In this document: piece after piece, positions 34,835 through 47,530 of the stretch
Layout of the letters: every line of letters begins with the position of its first letter
Position numbering within the stretch: position 1 is the first letter of the stretch
NCBI GenBank assembly: GCA_040285825.1
Contig: JAUPSS010000007.1
Span: 210,501-274,500 of the forward strand
Length of the DNA: 64,000 nucleotides
Reading direction: 5' to 3'
Source: Eukaryota sp. TZLM1-RC
Lineage: Eukaryota; Protista; Metamonada: BaSk clade
Notes under the pieces: model-generated
The model's database searches: none
What the model was told of the DNA's origin: nothing
Seen by the model: only the letters and a program-made list of their open reading frames with translations
Translations under genes and position numbers: made by a program

Positions 34835-35832
34835 TCAATAATCATCAAACTCTGATTCCTCAGTCTCCGATTCCACTTTCCTTTTACGTGCTGGCTTTCT
34901 CGTCTTTGCTGCTTGACGGGCACTCCTACGTGTCCCTTGTCTCTTTGGCTTGGCAGGAGCTTTTGCCCGAACCCTCCTCTTGGTTCCTACCTCTGGAGAA
35001 CCTTCAGACTCAACCTCAAAATCACCATCACCATCAGATTCCACTACTTCAGGCTCAGACTCAATAGCAGCTGCAAGTTCTGCCTTCTCTGCTTCCAAAC
35101 GGTCTTCTTCTTTGGTAACATTATCAGGAGAGTCATCAGCAGGCCATTTCCATTCTTCAAGTTGCACTTGGTTCCAGTTAAAAATAGTGTTACAGCTCTT
35201 AAAGGCACTTTCATCATAGTAACCTGGGCATAAAAAGGTATTGTTCTGAGGCACAAACTTTAACTTACCACCTCCGCATACCTTACATGGTTGAGGAATG
35301 GCTCCGTTAGTACGTCCAAAAGCTACCCGTTGTATGAGGTCATCTTTCTTGCCTGTCTTGGCCTGTCCGTTGAGTTCTAGCTCGTTCTTTAGCTTATCAA
35401 CGGTTCTCTTCTTCAGATGGCTAAGCATACCTTCGGAGGGATCCTTGTAGGGCGGGACATCGTAGGTTTCCAAGGAAGAGGCCTTGTCCTCAGGAGCTGT
35501 GGCATCACCGGATTTGATGGCGTTGAGGAAGTCCATGATGGTGGACTTTTCTTCGTCATCAAGATCGGCGAATCCTTCAATATACGTCTCAGGATCTTCC
35601 GTTACATAGGAATCAACATGATCGATGCACTCAAGATGGTGCCATAAAGTGTTACGGACAGGCTCGTCCTTGTTCGGGACCTTACGCCAGGTAAACTTGC
35701 TGGGATGAGTAGAAAGGAAGACTCATGCCCGACGCGAAGTACGCCTTTCTCGATCTTTTCCTTGCAACTTCTACAAGCAGATCTGCTGGATTTGGCAGGT
35801 TCAACAGCTAAGGCGGCTGATGTAGTAGACAT
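34835..35832 (-). CDS. PARP1 N-terminal-like protein: zf-PARP + PADR1/Zn3 + acidic/basic tail, no catalytic domain; one short intron
   Basis: VEPAKSSRSACRSCKEKIEKGVLRVG...WHHLEC...IEGFADLDDEEK (zf-PARP) is restored by an intron ending CCCAG at 35700 (donor 35728 GC or 35722 GT). PADR1: LKNELELNGQ...GAIPQPCKVCGGGKL...CPGY....KSC. Confidence 0.88.
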
Positions 35833-36019
35833 AAGAAGGATGTATGAATTGGGTGTAAAAGTTTTCTTGAAAATGAAATTATTTTCTCAAGGATAGTGCG
35901 TTTCAAAAGAAAGGGAAATGAATTTTGAGAATGTTTTTGAACAAGATTTAAATCAACACATTGACCGACCCAAAATTCAAAGTACAATAACTAATTTTAA
36001 TAATATAAAATATATTATT

Positions 36020-36622
36020 CTACGAAGAAACAAAACAAAACAAAACAAAACAAACAAAAACACATAAGAAACAAAATTCTCCACGCCAACTCTTGATGAA
36101 TCCTGATACAGCTTGGACAGCATTAAATTTAAGTATTTGGGAACACTTCTGCACAAAGCAAAAATGATACGATTCTTCCATAAATTCCCTGCAAAATTCT
36201 TGCCACTCGAAGAACATTAATTATTTAAATCATTGAGAAAATTCAAGGCAACCTGTCCAATGTTGCCAAAAATCGAGAAGGCAAAAGGAAAAAACGAAAA
36301 CTTCGAGTAAAGGTTCTTATTTAAATCATTTAATATCTCAGTATATTTGTCTCTTTTACGATCCTCAGCCTTGTTTAAATGACCATAAGAACTGAGTAAA
36401 ACATCATCACGATAAATAAAAGCAAAGGGATCAACTGTAGTAAAATCAACAACTTGAGATGAATCCACAAAAGGAGCAATTAAATCACCTCAACGTGAAA
36501 TCAACAGATCATTATCGCTATAATGCTTCAACAACGGTTCTGCTTTGCAACTAAAATTGTAACACTTAAACATCTCATATGTCACATCAGGAACGGCATT
36601 ATGAAGAACTGACCGATATTGT
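36020..36622 (-). mobile_element. 5'-truncated non-LTR retrotransposon 3' end (RLE-type, CRE-like), degenerate
   Basis: Homologous to 51421-52091: YRSVLHNAV...EP...GDL...VVDFTTVDP...AEDRKRDKY. Has stops and frameshifts and a (TTTTG)n 3' UTR. Confidence 0.8.
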
Positions 36623-37164
36623 ACAGTAACTAATCGTCAATTATCTCCAGAGCTGTTCCAAATATATCATCTTATGTCACTTGTTATTATCATTATGTTA
36701 TTGCAATGAATCGTTCATGTTTCAAAGGTTGAACCACTGCTTTCATTTGAATTAAAAAATCAACCCATAGATCACGTGGTTTCCTTTTTTTGAAACAATA
36801 GCTATTCAAACTGAATGAACACTCAAACTCTTTGGACCAAAGTAGAAAAATTTGGTGCAAATGATTGTTGTTGATATTTCAAAATGAAACAATTTTATAA
36901 GATTTAATACCCATATTAACTGTATTGGCAAGTCCAACTTTTGGTCATCTCTTTGATATAGAAACTAAAAACACGAGTTTGCAATATCACTATGAAAACT
37001 ATCGCCGAGTTCTCTTGAATCGATTGAACTAAACTATTATTAGATTGTGTCTAACAAAACTGGAATACTGTACAAAATTGCCAAAATTGCGTGCTGAATA
37101 AAAGCAATATTTATACCTTGATCAAGTAAACATGGAAAACAATTCTAAATAAAAAAACTAAAAA

Positions 37165-37245
37165 AGTTGGCGTGGAGAATTTTGTTTCTTATGTGTTTTA
37201 GTTTGTTTTGTTTTGTTTTGTTTCTTCGTAGAAAAAATAAATAAT
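37165..37245 (+). mobile_element. Extreme 5'-truncated copy (3' UTR only) of the same non-LTR element
   Basis: agttggcgtggagaatt...ttcttcgtagaaaa matches both other copies. Flanked by the direct repeat aaaaactaaaaa (37153-64 / 37246-57). Confidence 0.75.
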
Positions 37246-40200
37246 AAAAACTAAAAACAGTTATTAAATCAAAACTTACATGTTTTGTGATCAACATCGG
37301 ATCAACACACTAAAAAATGGCAATAAATTGAAAAAAGAAACCAAGAACCCAATCCTGGTCAATGATGTTCCTCCCAAAGTCCATTCCATTCATCTTTCTG
37401 GTGTTACTTTACGCTTTGAGTCAGATGACGTTGTTATTTCATATAATACAACGTTTGGAAACGGCCATATTAAGTATGTCACTGGAGAGATGAAAAGAAA
37501 CTTCTACTAAGTTGAAAGAAAAAGAATGAGATCCTCTTTCTGGTGAATCTTTCGAGAGATGCTGAAATCCATGGGTGATGTACAATTGAATGATGAGGTG
37601 GATTCCAACATAGACTTCACTGAAGATATCGAGTAAAATGTAGCTTGGGTTATAGTAAAGATACTAATGTTAGTAGCTGGGATGTTGATTCCAATGACAC
37701 TCAATTCAAGGTTGCTCTATGTGATTCATGTGGGTTGCTCCACGGCAAGTCACTGCATTGTCAAGCTCTTGTTGTCATTTCCTAAGCAATGAAGGTGATT
37801 CAGAATCAAATTGAATTCCAACTAACAAAACCTGTTACTTTCTACCTTTACGCTAGTCATTGTGACATGTGATGGGGTTATGGTTATTTTACAATAAGGA
37901 AATAATTGTGGAGAAAGTGGACAAGGAATCTGCTGTGAAAATTGACATTAATTCTGCATTTAAGTTGCAGAATTGACTGATTTGCGGAAATATAAAATAA
38001 GCTTTATCTGGATTTGGGTATTATTTCTCCGTTTTTGTCTATTTCTATTTTGATTCACCACCAAAGGTTTCCTGGTGAATACTGCGCTCAATTTTGCAAT
38101 AAATTTAGTTGCAATTGAATACTTGTTATTTGCTATTTACGTAAAACTTATACACAATAACAAAATTTACACGAATAACATTATTGGTTGTTCATATGAA
38201 TTTTAAAAACAAAGAGCTGGTAGTTATCAAATAGTTAGTAACATTAATTACAACACCTTTAATTACAACTAACGATTGAAACAGAAATATTAAAATACTT
38301 CTTTCACATGACTTGGAACAACTTATTTCTGATGTCAATTCCTGATGTTTTTGACATAATTGTTTGATACAGTTTCAACTAAAACTGAAAGATTGAGAAT
38401 ATTTGTGGGTGTGAAAGAAGCACGGCCACAAGATGAACCACAGGTCAATGTTGGTATGCGAAAATTGAATCAGTCAGATGGACAAAATCAACCAGCCCAC
38501 GTTTGAGGTGTAGATTTGTTATTGAAATTATCTTACAAATGAGACTGACTAAGTTTCCAACTTAAAACACAACAGGGAAAGAATACAATTTACTAACATT
38601 ATTTTTTATGCTGACTTGACCAGATGCAAACTATCACAACACCTAATTCCAAAATAAAATGTAATACACTTACAATCTATAATTCAGTACATCGATCCAT
38701 TTATTAACTCACCTTTTTTTTAAAAAACTGGAACTCGCCTTTTTTGTATACCTTTTCCAATAGGGACGAACTCTCATACGATCTGATACTGTGGGCCTTT
38801 GAGTTGAGTTTTGTGTTGAAAATGTCTTCATTTTCAGACTACTTGCTTATTTGATTCGTGACAGTGAACCTAAATAGACAGGAATAATCGAGGCATTTGT
38901 TTACAAAAAACAGGTGTTGCTGTTTTCGAATTTAACTCCATCTTGTAGAGGAACATTGTATTCTTTACCTTTTCTAGTATTTGCATCCACAACATTCCAG
39001 AACAAGTCAGTCTTTTTGGTGTTTGCCTTTGAATATAGATGGACACTTTGAATAGATCAACTTTTGAATTATATGCCATTGGTATAATGAAAGAGACTTA
39101 GCTCTGTGCATAACAGAACTGGCATAACAGAAAAAAGGTCAAAAGCAATGTCATGAAGTAATGATATAATAACCAATATTATAAACATGTCCAATCTACC
39201 TTCAGAAGTCAAAGGTTGTAAGCCTATTATTGGTGTTGATGGTTGCCACATCACATCACAGTACTTAAGTGTGGTTCTAGTGGCGGCATCTCTAGATATT
39301 GCAGGACTAGGGTTGGGCACTGGGTTAACTTAGTTCGTTAACCTTCAACCAAACATAGTTTTAGTGCACTAAAGACTGAAATTTCTTTAGTCTAGTTTTA
39401 GTGCGACTAAGACATCTCATAGTTTAGCTTTAGCACATTATTTATTCAACACCTAAGTTAACTCGCACTACACTAAAAACAATTAAACACATGAATTTCA
39501 AGTGATCTGATACTGCTAAATTCAGGAATATGAGAAATCAGTTTCAACTTTAAAGACTATTGGTTGAAAATATACACTTTGTACCCCTTCAACTATGGAA
39601 TCAGGTGATAACTTCCCAAACCCCACAAAATTACCCAGAACTGATTCACCAATCGAAGTATCGGATGATGATACAACCACGAGCACTGGTGGTACTCAGA
39701 TTGAGCTGACACCGCTTTTTCCTGGACAAACATGGGATGTTCACAAACTTTTATACATCGCTGATGATAAAAAGTACTGCCGTCTGTGCCGAAATCCCGC
39801 TCCAATGTCAGTGAAAACCTCGTCGCTTAAATACCATCTTGACAAGTTCCATCCTTCCTGGAGAGAGAAAACCTGCCCTGCCCAACCAATTCTTGATTCA
39901 TTTGTTCGCCGTAAACTTCCTTCCTTAGGCCTCACGTCAGATGAACGAAAAGAAGCTCGTCGTCAGTTAATAAGACTCATTATTTTCGAATGTCTTCCTT
40001 TTGCGCTTTGTCGAATCACCTGAATTTACTTAACTTCTATAATTCATCTGATGAATCAATTTCTAGAAGAACACTAGCCAGAGAAATTGGGAAACAACAT
40101 GCTCTTCTAAGAGAGTCTGTGAAGAAACATTTATTAGTGTTAACATCTAAAGTAGCTATAACCATTGATCTCTGGACATCCATCAGTAACGTGCCTTTCA

Positions 40201-40602
40201 TTGGAATCACAGGTCATTTCATCATCAATCGTTATGAGTTCAAATGTCTGACTCTTGATGTGAAAGAGTAACCGCATCCGCATAATGCACTGGACATTTT
40301 CAACTCAATTTTGACTACTTTAGAAGAAACCGGTGTGAAAAAGCCAGTTTCGATCACTGTAACATCCGATGATGTTTCAGAGCTTGAAAACTTGATCTCT
40401 ATTACTACTGATAACGCCAAGAAGGTTGCCATTTCTCTATTAGCCGAACGAGTCCCTGGTTGTCATCCAAAGCGTTGTATGGCCCATGTACTCAACTTGA
40501 TCGCCCAGTCTGGTCTAAAATCTATTTATCCGTTATTGAAAAAAGTTATTGAATTTGTCAACAAAGCCAGATCATCATCAAAAATAGCACAAATGTTCCA
40601 CG

Positions 40603-42953
40603 TAGGCCCCAGCATCAGACTCGGCGAGTCCGCGCTCAGCCGACTAAACTTGAGTTTAGTCTGAGTCAAACTCCTATCTATGTGAGTGCGAGTCTAGTCG
40701 AACTCAACTTGTTGGAGTCTGAGTGTAGTCGAACTAATAAACATAGAATATTGAGTCTGTTACGAGTTTCACACACTCACTTATTGTTTATAATTACATC
40801 CTTTTTCTATAATTCTTTCTTAAATGACAGTAAACCAAACTCCTCCTACCAAGAGGATTCGCGAGGAAGTTAATAACGTAAGTGACTCCGAACTTCCTGT
40901 TGTCCTCTCCCCTCTTTCTGGATATCAACGATGGAATGGCTATCGTCTTTTTTCCGAACAAAATGGCAAGCGTCACTGTCTTCTGTGCCCTGGAATGTCA
41001 ACCAGTTTTTCAGTTTCGACTTCTCAAACAGTACTGAAACGACACCTTGAAAAGGAACATCCCAACTGGACTAGTTCCATAAGGCAGCAGCAACCCACTT
41101 TAAAACTTTCATCGTTCACTCCACTTCCCGCAACAGTCTTGTCTTCCGCAGAAGTTGAAACTGGCCGCAAGCTTTTTGCTCAAGATGTTCATTCAGTCTG
41201 GCGCACCGTACTCGTTGGCGGACAACCCACATTTTCGTAACTTAATGAATTTCTATAATGAGAATACGGTGATAATGTCTTCATGGTCCATTTCTCGTTC
41301 CATTCGCAATGCTTTTTTCCGAAATGCGTCCATCAATGCTGCAGAGGTTAGGTCAAAATAGACATTCCTATTCTTTGACGCTAGATTTATGGACTTCAAG
41401 AGCTAAGCGCCCTTATCTTGGTATAACTGCCCATTTTGTTAGTGATGATTTCAACTTGTCATCTCTAACACTGGACGTTGTTAGAATTCCGCACCCACAT
41501 TCAGCCGAAATAATTCTTGCTTTTTGTACAAGATGCTTTAAGGGATATCAACAGTGAAAACATAATATCCATTACTTTTGATGAAAGTTCTGAGAACTCT
41601 GATAATGCTGAATTGCTCGCCATTACATCTGACAATGCTGCCAATGTCAGAAAGGCTTTGAAACTTTTCACAGAAAAGCAACCAAAGCTGTTTCACAAGA
41701 AATGTATGGCCCATATTTTGAATTTGGTTGTAAAAAAGGGTCTTGTGGTGGTTGATGGTCTTTTGTCGAAGATTCACAACTTTGTTAGACAATGCCATGT
41801 TTCTAGCAAGCTCTACCAGTTACTGTAGGAAGAACTACAAGAACAAGGTCTTCAAAAGAAGACAATCCCTCTTGATACGGCAATTAGGTGGAACAGCACC
41901 TACTTGATGGTGAATACTTACATGAAGATTAAATCGGCTGTTACCAAACTATTGGTTGAAGAGGGAATGACGGCTCTCATAGTCACCGAAGAAGAAGAAC
42001 TGAAGATTGAAGCTATTCTTAATCTTCTTGCACCTTTTACGAATGTACAGTTTACCTTTCAGCTGCATTGCATCCTACCTGTGGTTTAGTGCTTATGCTA
42101 ATAGACGGTCTGTATGCGCATCTCTATTCTTATCAAAACGAAGCGCAGATTATCCAAGAAGCAGCTTCTTTGATGCTAGGAAAGCTGGAACAGTATTTAG
42201 AAGAACTTTACGACTTCCCTGCCTTTGTTTCGTCAATTCTTGATCCCCGTGTACGTCGTTTTGAAGGGCTTCATTTACGATTTCCTGACGATTTCTCTAG
42301 AAAATTGCAAGATCTTATCAATGTAAACTATTAGTCAATAGTCCCATCAGTGGCAAATAGACAGCTTACCTTCTTGGAATCCTTTCTCAGAAGATCACAC
42401 GCAGAAGGTGATGAACTTTCCACTTTTCTATCCGAAGCTCCGGTTGACCTTTCGGTGAATCCACTACAATGGTGGAATGACAACAAACGTCGATTTCCTG
42501 TACTTTCTCAAATAGCAGCTGATTTCTTGGCTATCCAGCCAACTTCTGTACCCTGTGAACGGCTTTTTTCTCTAGCAGGGGATATGGTTTCCGAGAAAAG
42601 ATGCTGTTTGGCTGATGATTCCGTTCGTGCGGTTTTGTGCTTACGGTCATGGCTTGAGAATGGATTTGATTTGATTTAATTATAAAGATGAGTGTTTTGT
42701 TCATATACAATTGCAACATCACAATAAGTTTATCCTAAAACATAGACCTTGTTGTTTATATTTCATCCAAGGTGCTCTAAACGAAAAAAATTCACTCAGA
42801 CTCATTAGTCGACTCAAGCTCGAGTCGAGTTTGAGTGTGACTCACCAGAATGGAGTCGGAGTCGAGTTGAACTCAGTCTATCCGAGTCGAGCTTGAGTAC
42901 GACTCGAAAATGTTGAGTCGAGTCTGAGCGTGTTAGTCAAATGCTGGGGCCTA
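40603..42953 (+). mobile_element. hAT transposon (inner), defective transposase 40824-42679
   Basis: Perfect 13-bp TIR TAGGCCCCAGCAT; 8-bp TSD GTTCCACG (40595-602, 42954-61); subterminal GACTC/GAGTC arrays. BED finger; LTLDLWTS, SDNAANV, IRWNSTYLM, LAIQPTSVPCERLFS. Confidence 0.95.
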
Positions 42954-42999
42954 GTTCCACGAACTTCAAATAGAAAATGGGGAAGAAAAAAAATCTCTC

Positions 43000-43968
43000 A
43001 TCAACGATCTGTGATTTTCAATTCAAATGAATTATCAACACATTGCTTGTCTTTTCACTCAGCCAATAAATTCATTTTTTCTTTCCTCAGTATAGCCAAT
43101 GCATCCTCCATCAAGGTACAACTGATGCTACAACTGTACAAAGGTGCCCGTGCCTTTTTTCAACAGGAAATATCTCTTTATTATGACAACTGCTTCACCG
43201 CAGTAGAACTTCAAGAAGCTGCTCATCAATTTTTCCACTCCCAATTGTCTGCAAAGAAAAAGAAGTTTAACAGTGACTGGCAACTTGAAGTCAAATACAA
43301 GTCAACCGGCAGACAGTTTCGTCCAAAAGTAACCTCCACGATAGCTGGATGGATAAACAATAAAGGATACCTCTGTAGTTGACAACATTAGGCGTGAATT
43401 TGGAGTTTCGTCATTGTTGATTGATTTGTTAAAAGCAGCCTGTAACCAGCGACTAAGAAATGACTGTGAAACGCAGAAGTATTGAGCTATATAAGTTTGT
43501 GGTTTGTTAAGAAACATATAGGTATAACAGGCCCTAACCTTAGTGTCCTCAGATGCTTGGACCCTTAAGGACGCAAGCTGTGAAGACAACAACATGTCGT
43601 ATGTATACCCCATAAATAATAGTGACTGTCTGTTTGTTAGTTTTGTTAAATGTTATGGCAATAAAAAGCTCAATACTACAAAACTTAATTGATATAGACA
43701 TTCTGTCCCAAAAGAAAGCAGGTTGATGTAAGACGTATAAGGTCTCTGCTTATGAAGTTGTTGTGATGACATCATATCTCTTCTGTTACAAAAGAAGCAA
43801 GGTTGATCTTATTGTGTACAAAACGAACTGATATAGAATTACAGACAGGTTTAGCCCTACTTTTTTGTCAATAAAGGCTATGTATAACTTGTGAAAGAGC
43901 GTTTTGTGGAGTGAGTGAAAACTCAGTGAGTAAAAATAGTTTGTACTCACAACCCACTCAAAAAGCGA
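43000..43968 (-). mobile_element. ~1-kb second insertion within the outer hAT, HTH-bearing transposase-like remnant
   Basis: Interrupts the outer hAT ORF between EEKKSLI and SDVSTRWNS. Minus ORF KPQTYIAQYFCVSQSFLSRW is a helix-turn-helix. Ends not resolved. Confidence 0.45.
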
Positions 43969-45422
43969 TCCTCAGATGTATCCACCAGGTGGAATTCTAC
44001 TTATCTAATGATAAAAGTATATAAGGAACAAATCCGGCATGTGACGAACATTCTGGTTGAGAACAATAGATTTGACTTAATTATGGACGAGAACGAGCTG
44101 GTTGTCCTGGATGATATTATCGGTCTCTTGAAGCCGTTCTATGACGCGACTGTCACTTTATCTGAGCAGAACAATCCGACTATTGCCCTGATTTTAACCA
44201 TTTTAGACCACTTAAATACACATTTGCTGAACTTTCATTCATCAAACGCCGCTGAATGGCTTGTCACAGCTGTGAACAGTATGTGTGACAAGTTTCAAAG
44301 TTATATTGCTTTGTTGTATGACTTCTCGGTTTATGCAGGCACAGTACTGGACCCACGTTTTAAAAGACCAGATGCGTCTTCGTTACTTCATAGAAGTGAG
44401 TTTGAAGAGCAGTTGAAATCGCTAGTGTCTCAAAAGCAGCAACAGGAGAATCAACAATCAAGAAATGTATCTCAAAAGGTCTCTTTTCTTCAAAAGTTGC
44501 AACTCGAGAAAGGTATGAAATGTAGTGATGAACTGGAGAGGTACCTAAACGAAGGTCCCATCGATTGGTGTGAAGATCCAATTTTGTGGTGGAAAACCAA
44601 TGAAAGTAGATTCCCTTCAGTAGCTTCCGCTGCAGGTGACTTTTTAGCTATACAGCCCACATCAGTACCCTATGAATGAATGTTCTCGATTGCAGGAGAT
44701 GTTGTTTCTGCCAAACGAAACAGATTGTCTGATGACATGGTTGGAAATCAACTGTGCCTAAAATCATGGTTGGAAAATGATTTTGATTTGAATATGGAAT
44801 GATTATTTATTTGTCAGTATTTCTAATAGTAGTTTTTTAAATAAATTGTTTCTTCTTTTTTCATATTAGTCTTAGTTTAGCCTTAGTGCGACTAAGATGT
44901 GTATAATGTAGTTTTAGTGCAACTAAAGTACTTTGTAGTTTAGTGAAGTACGTTAACTTTTGCCCAACCCTGTGCAGGACACACCTTTCCCTCTTGGTCT
45001 TGGTCTTGTTGGGAACGAACACTACGAGTCATGGACCTGGTTTTTGGAAGAACTCACAGCCCTTTTCGATTGTTCAGAAGTCAGTATTATTTCAGACCGG
45101 TAAAAAGAGTTGGTTAAAGCAGTGGACACGGTGTTTCCCTCAAAAACTCACGCATTTGAAAAACAATGCTCAAAGAAAAGAGTCAAAGAAGGCCCTTCCA
45201 TTCATCGATAAGCTGGCTAGAGCAAAATCAATGGATGAGTATGAACGTAATTTGGAAGATATGAGCTGCGTCAGCAGATCGGCTGCAGACTATAACCGTC
45301 GTACTGCAGATCCAAAACACTGGTTTGAATGCTTGTTTCCTGGTAATAGAAGCGGTCACATTACCAGCAACCTTGTGGAATCGATGAATGCATGTATTGT
45401 CGAGGCTCGTCAACTGCCAGTT

Positions 45423-46124
45423 TGTTGTTGTTAAACTTAAATTGATTTAGTAGGTTTCTTTGTATTTCCACGGATGATGTGATATACACGTTTATGAATC
45501 AGGTTTCTTGATAAACTTTGATTTCTCTCTCTCCTACGTGTAATCATCTGCCTAGCGGCATCAATAATAATTGGCCCTTCTTATTTCAGATGACTGTTCC
45601 CTCTATCTATCAACCTCCCGTCGCTTTCTTCTATGTAAGTTGAAAATGTTCTCTGTTCCTACAAGAGTGGAAGATCTATTCTTCTGTGACTCCTAAGAAA
45701 GAATTTGTTCCAGCAAGGCTCTTGGTCGATTCTTTTCTGTTAGAGTCCCTATCTCTTTAGAAATCCGACGTCTCTTCCAGTTACGATGTTCTTCTTAGAC
45801 ATCTACAATCTGTCGTATCGTTCGCTACGTAGGAAAATTTTGATCTGGATATGTCAGAACTAAAGCTTAATGTCCGTATTGGTGACGTCCGAGAACGAAT
45901 GTCCAGTTACCTGTGACGTTTCCTCCAGGTAAAGAGTAGGGCTTCCGGACTGAAGTTACCAGATATAGCTTTTCTGAATCGATTTGCCAGAGGAATTCTT
46001 CCCGTAGGTCGTCAACGTTCTCTTCTAGGGACAATTTGAGATGATTGATTCCCTGATCTTCACCCAGATCAGAGCTTTTGGATTGTTCCAGGGTTGCTTA
46101 ATGGACTCGTGGTTTCAAAACCTC
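45423..46124 (+). mobile_element. Degenerate 5' LTR + gag fragment of the same family as 25805-26907
   Basis: LTR at 45423-45563 (TGTTGTTG...GGCATCA), near-identical leader ttggcccttcttatttcagATG, gag with stops and frameshifts, 3'-truncated. Confidence 0.9.
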
Positions 46125-46500
46125 TTTGCATTCATGAACAACCTTGTTTGCAACTTTTTGACCATATCCAGCATCAACTGACATTCTGAAGATTGTGTAG
46201 AAAGATGATGTCTGACCAAATAGTTGTTCAGCTTGCTGACTAAGTTGATATAAACAAAGTTGCGGGTTGTCGTCTAACATGTAGTCATGTTGTGTATGGA
46301 TGAGATGACTAGGGAATTTTGCAGCTCCGACAGCTAAATATAGCGTATCTGGGTATCCTGCTGATCGTTTAAATTCATTTAAAGCCTCACTGAATCTTCT
46401 TCCTCTTCCTCTACGGTTGTCAAGCTGCAGATATTTCCACTTGTCACGATTTCCTTCCCTATATACCCTGTCTTAAACCAGTATCCAATGATTCAAATAT
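46125..46500 (-). mobile_element. IS630/Tc1-mariner transposase winged-HTH remnant
   Basis: LDDNPQLCLYQLSQQAEQLFGQTSSFYTIFRMSVDAGYGQK matches the ..NP.L.L.EL......G..VS..TI.R.L...GY..K pattern. Confidence 0.6.
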
Positions 46501-47039
46501 AGTTTCATATTATGAACTGAATACTGGCAGGGCGACATTTTGTGAGGTGAAGGTTTTGAAGCTTCTTGAAGTTTGACATGGTAGAACTCCTCCGTATTCA
46601 CTCCAAAAACCACACAAGCGAGATTGTCCCAGATCTACATCGACAACAGGGTGTACAGGATTGAACTCAAAGGGAGGTGGATCTGTGGGCCTCCTCCATC
46701 TCCTTTTTTCCCAAATTTTGTCTAAAATTTAACACTTTGAGTGCTCTTGTTTGTAGATAGATCGTAAGTCACTTCTTCTTTGGTCCTTCTACGCCTTGGT
46801 GTCCTTTCTTTAACCTCCGAAAACGTAACTAGAATCACGTTTTCATTGCTTCTAATTATCTTACTGAACCTCCTTTTCACCTCAACATTATTAATACTAA
46901 AGAATGAATGAGGACAAGTTTTGAATACCCTTTTTAGATTAGCATCAGTACAATAAATTGTACAATAAATGTATGAGTAGTGAAACGGGTCTTTGACAAT
47001 CCTTACATAAATTTACGTGATCATATAGTATCTCATAGT

Positions 47040-47530
47040 ATGGGAAGCAACTTGGTTGATTTGATTAAAGCAATGGAAAAGCCTCCATTGAAATGACCTT
47101 ATTGATTGTTGTCTCTACAGAGAAGTTGATGATTAACTCTGGATAATGGTGATTTATTGAGATGCAATACCGGATCAATTGAATTCGCCTCTTACTCCGC
47201 GCATACATTTTTGAAAAACCATATGCAATGGACTGACAGAAAGCCTACCACAACCAGAAAAAACCATGGTATCCTGGATTGCTGCAAAAGTGAAAACTTA
47301 TACTCCCAGAGGTCAGAAATAAAATCAGCATTCAAGGATTAGGCGTTAAAAGAGGTAACACTGCACCACTTATAATTTCCAAAGCAGGCGATTCACAACA
47401 CAAGTCAGTGTTCCAAATTATGAATGGCCCAGCGAAGTAATTTGGAAGTTATCACAAAAAATGAGAATGTATCAGGAGCTTCTGTAACAAAGTAACAAAA
47501 TCCAGATAGTATTGTGGAGTACTTGAGATG
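47040..47530 (+). mobile_element. Degenerate second copy of the pogo DD35D element at 14143-15323
   Basis: Shares accatggta.cctggatt, aaaacttat.ctcc, caaggattagg and acaagtcagtgttccaaattatgaatggccc with 14321-14515. Retains a segment (FLKNHMQWTDRKPTT) missing from the 14-kb copy. Confidence 0.8.

Larger units (their letters stand above)
39308..44972 (+). mobile_element. hAT transposon (outer), defective transposase 39595-44803
   Basis: TIR TAGGGTTGGGCA / TGCCCAACCCTG; 8-bp TSD TGCAGGAC (39300-07, 44973-80). BED finger CRLC...LKYHL..FH; motifs TIDLWTS, TDNA, RCMAHVLNL, DVSTRWNSTYLM; dimerisation domain WWK...FP...LAIQPTSVP. Confidence 0.95.
39080..45422 (+). mobile_element. Mutator (MULE) transposase remnant interrupted by hAT and LTR insertions
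   Basis: CKPIIGVDGCHITSQYLSVVLVAASLDIAG (to 39307) continues seamlessly as HTFPLGLGLVGNEHYESWTWFLEEL after 44980. It then reads HWFECLFPGNRSGHITSNLVESMNACIVEARQLP up to the LTR at 45423. Confidence 0.88.

Noticed and set aside
40615-40735. GACTC/GAGTC repeat clusters (also 42790-42930) as CRISPR-like array
   Set aside because: Irregular short motifs just inside the hAT TIRs, i.e. ordinary subterminal transposase-binding sites; no repeat-spacer periodicity.
45590-46124. RIP-like or CpG hypermutation of repeats
   Set aside because: Comparison with the intact gag shows mixed substitutions and indels with many CpGs retained; only isolated CGA>TGA changes.
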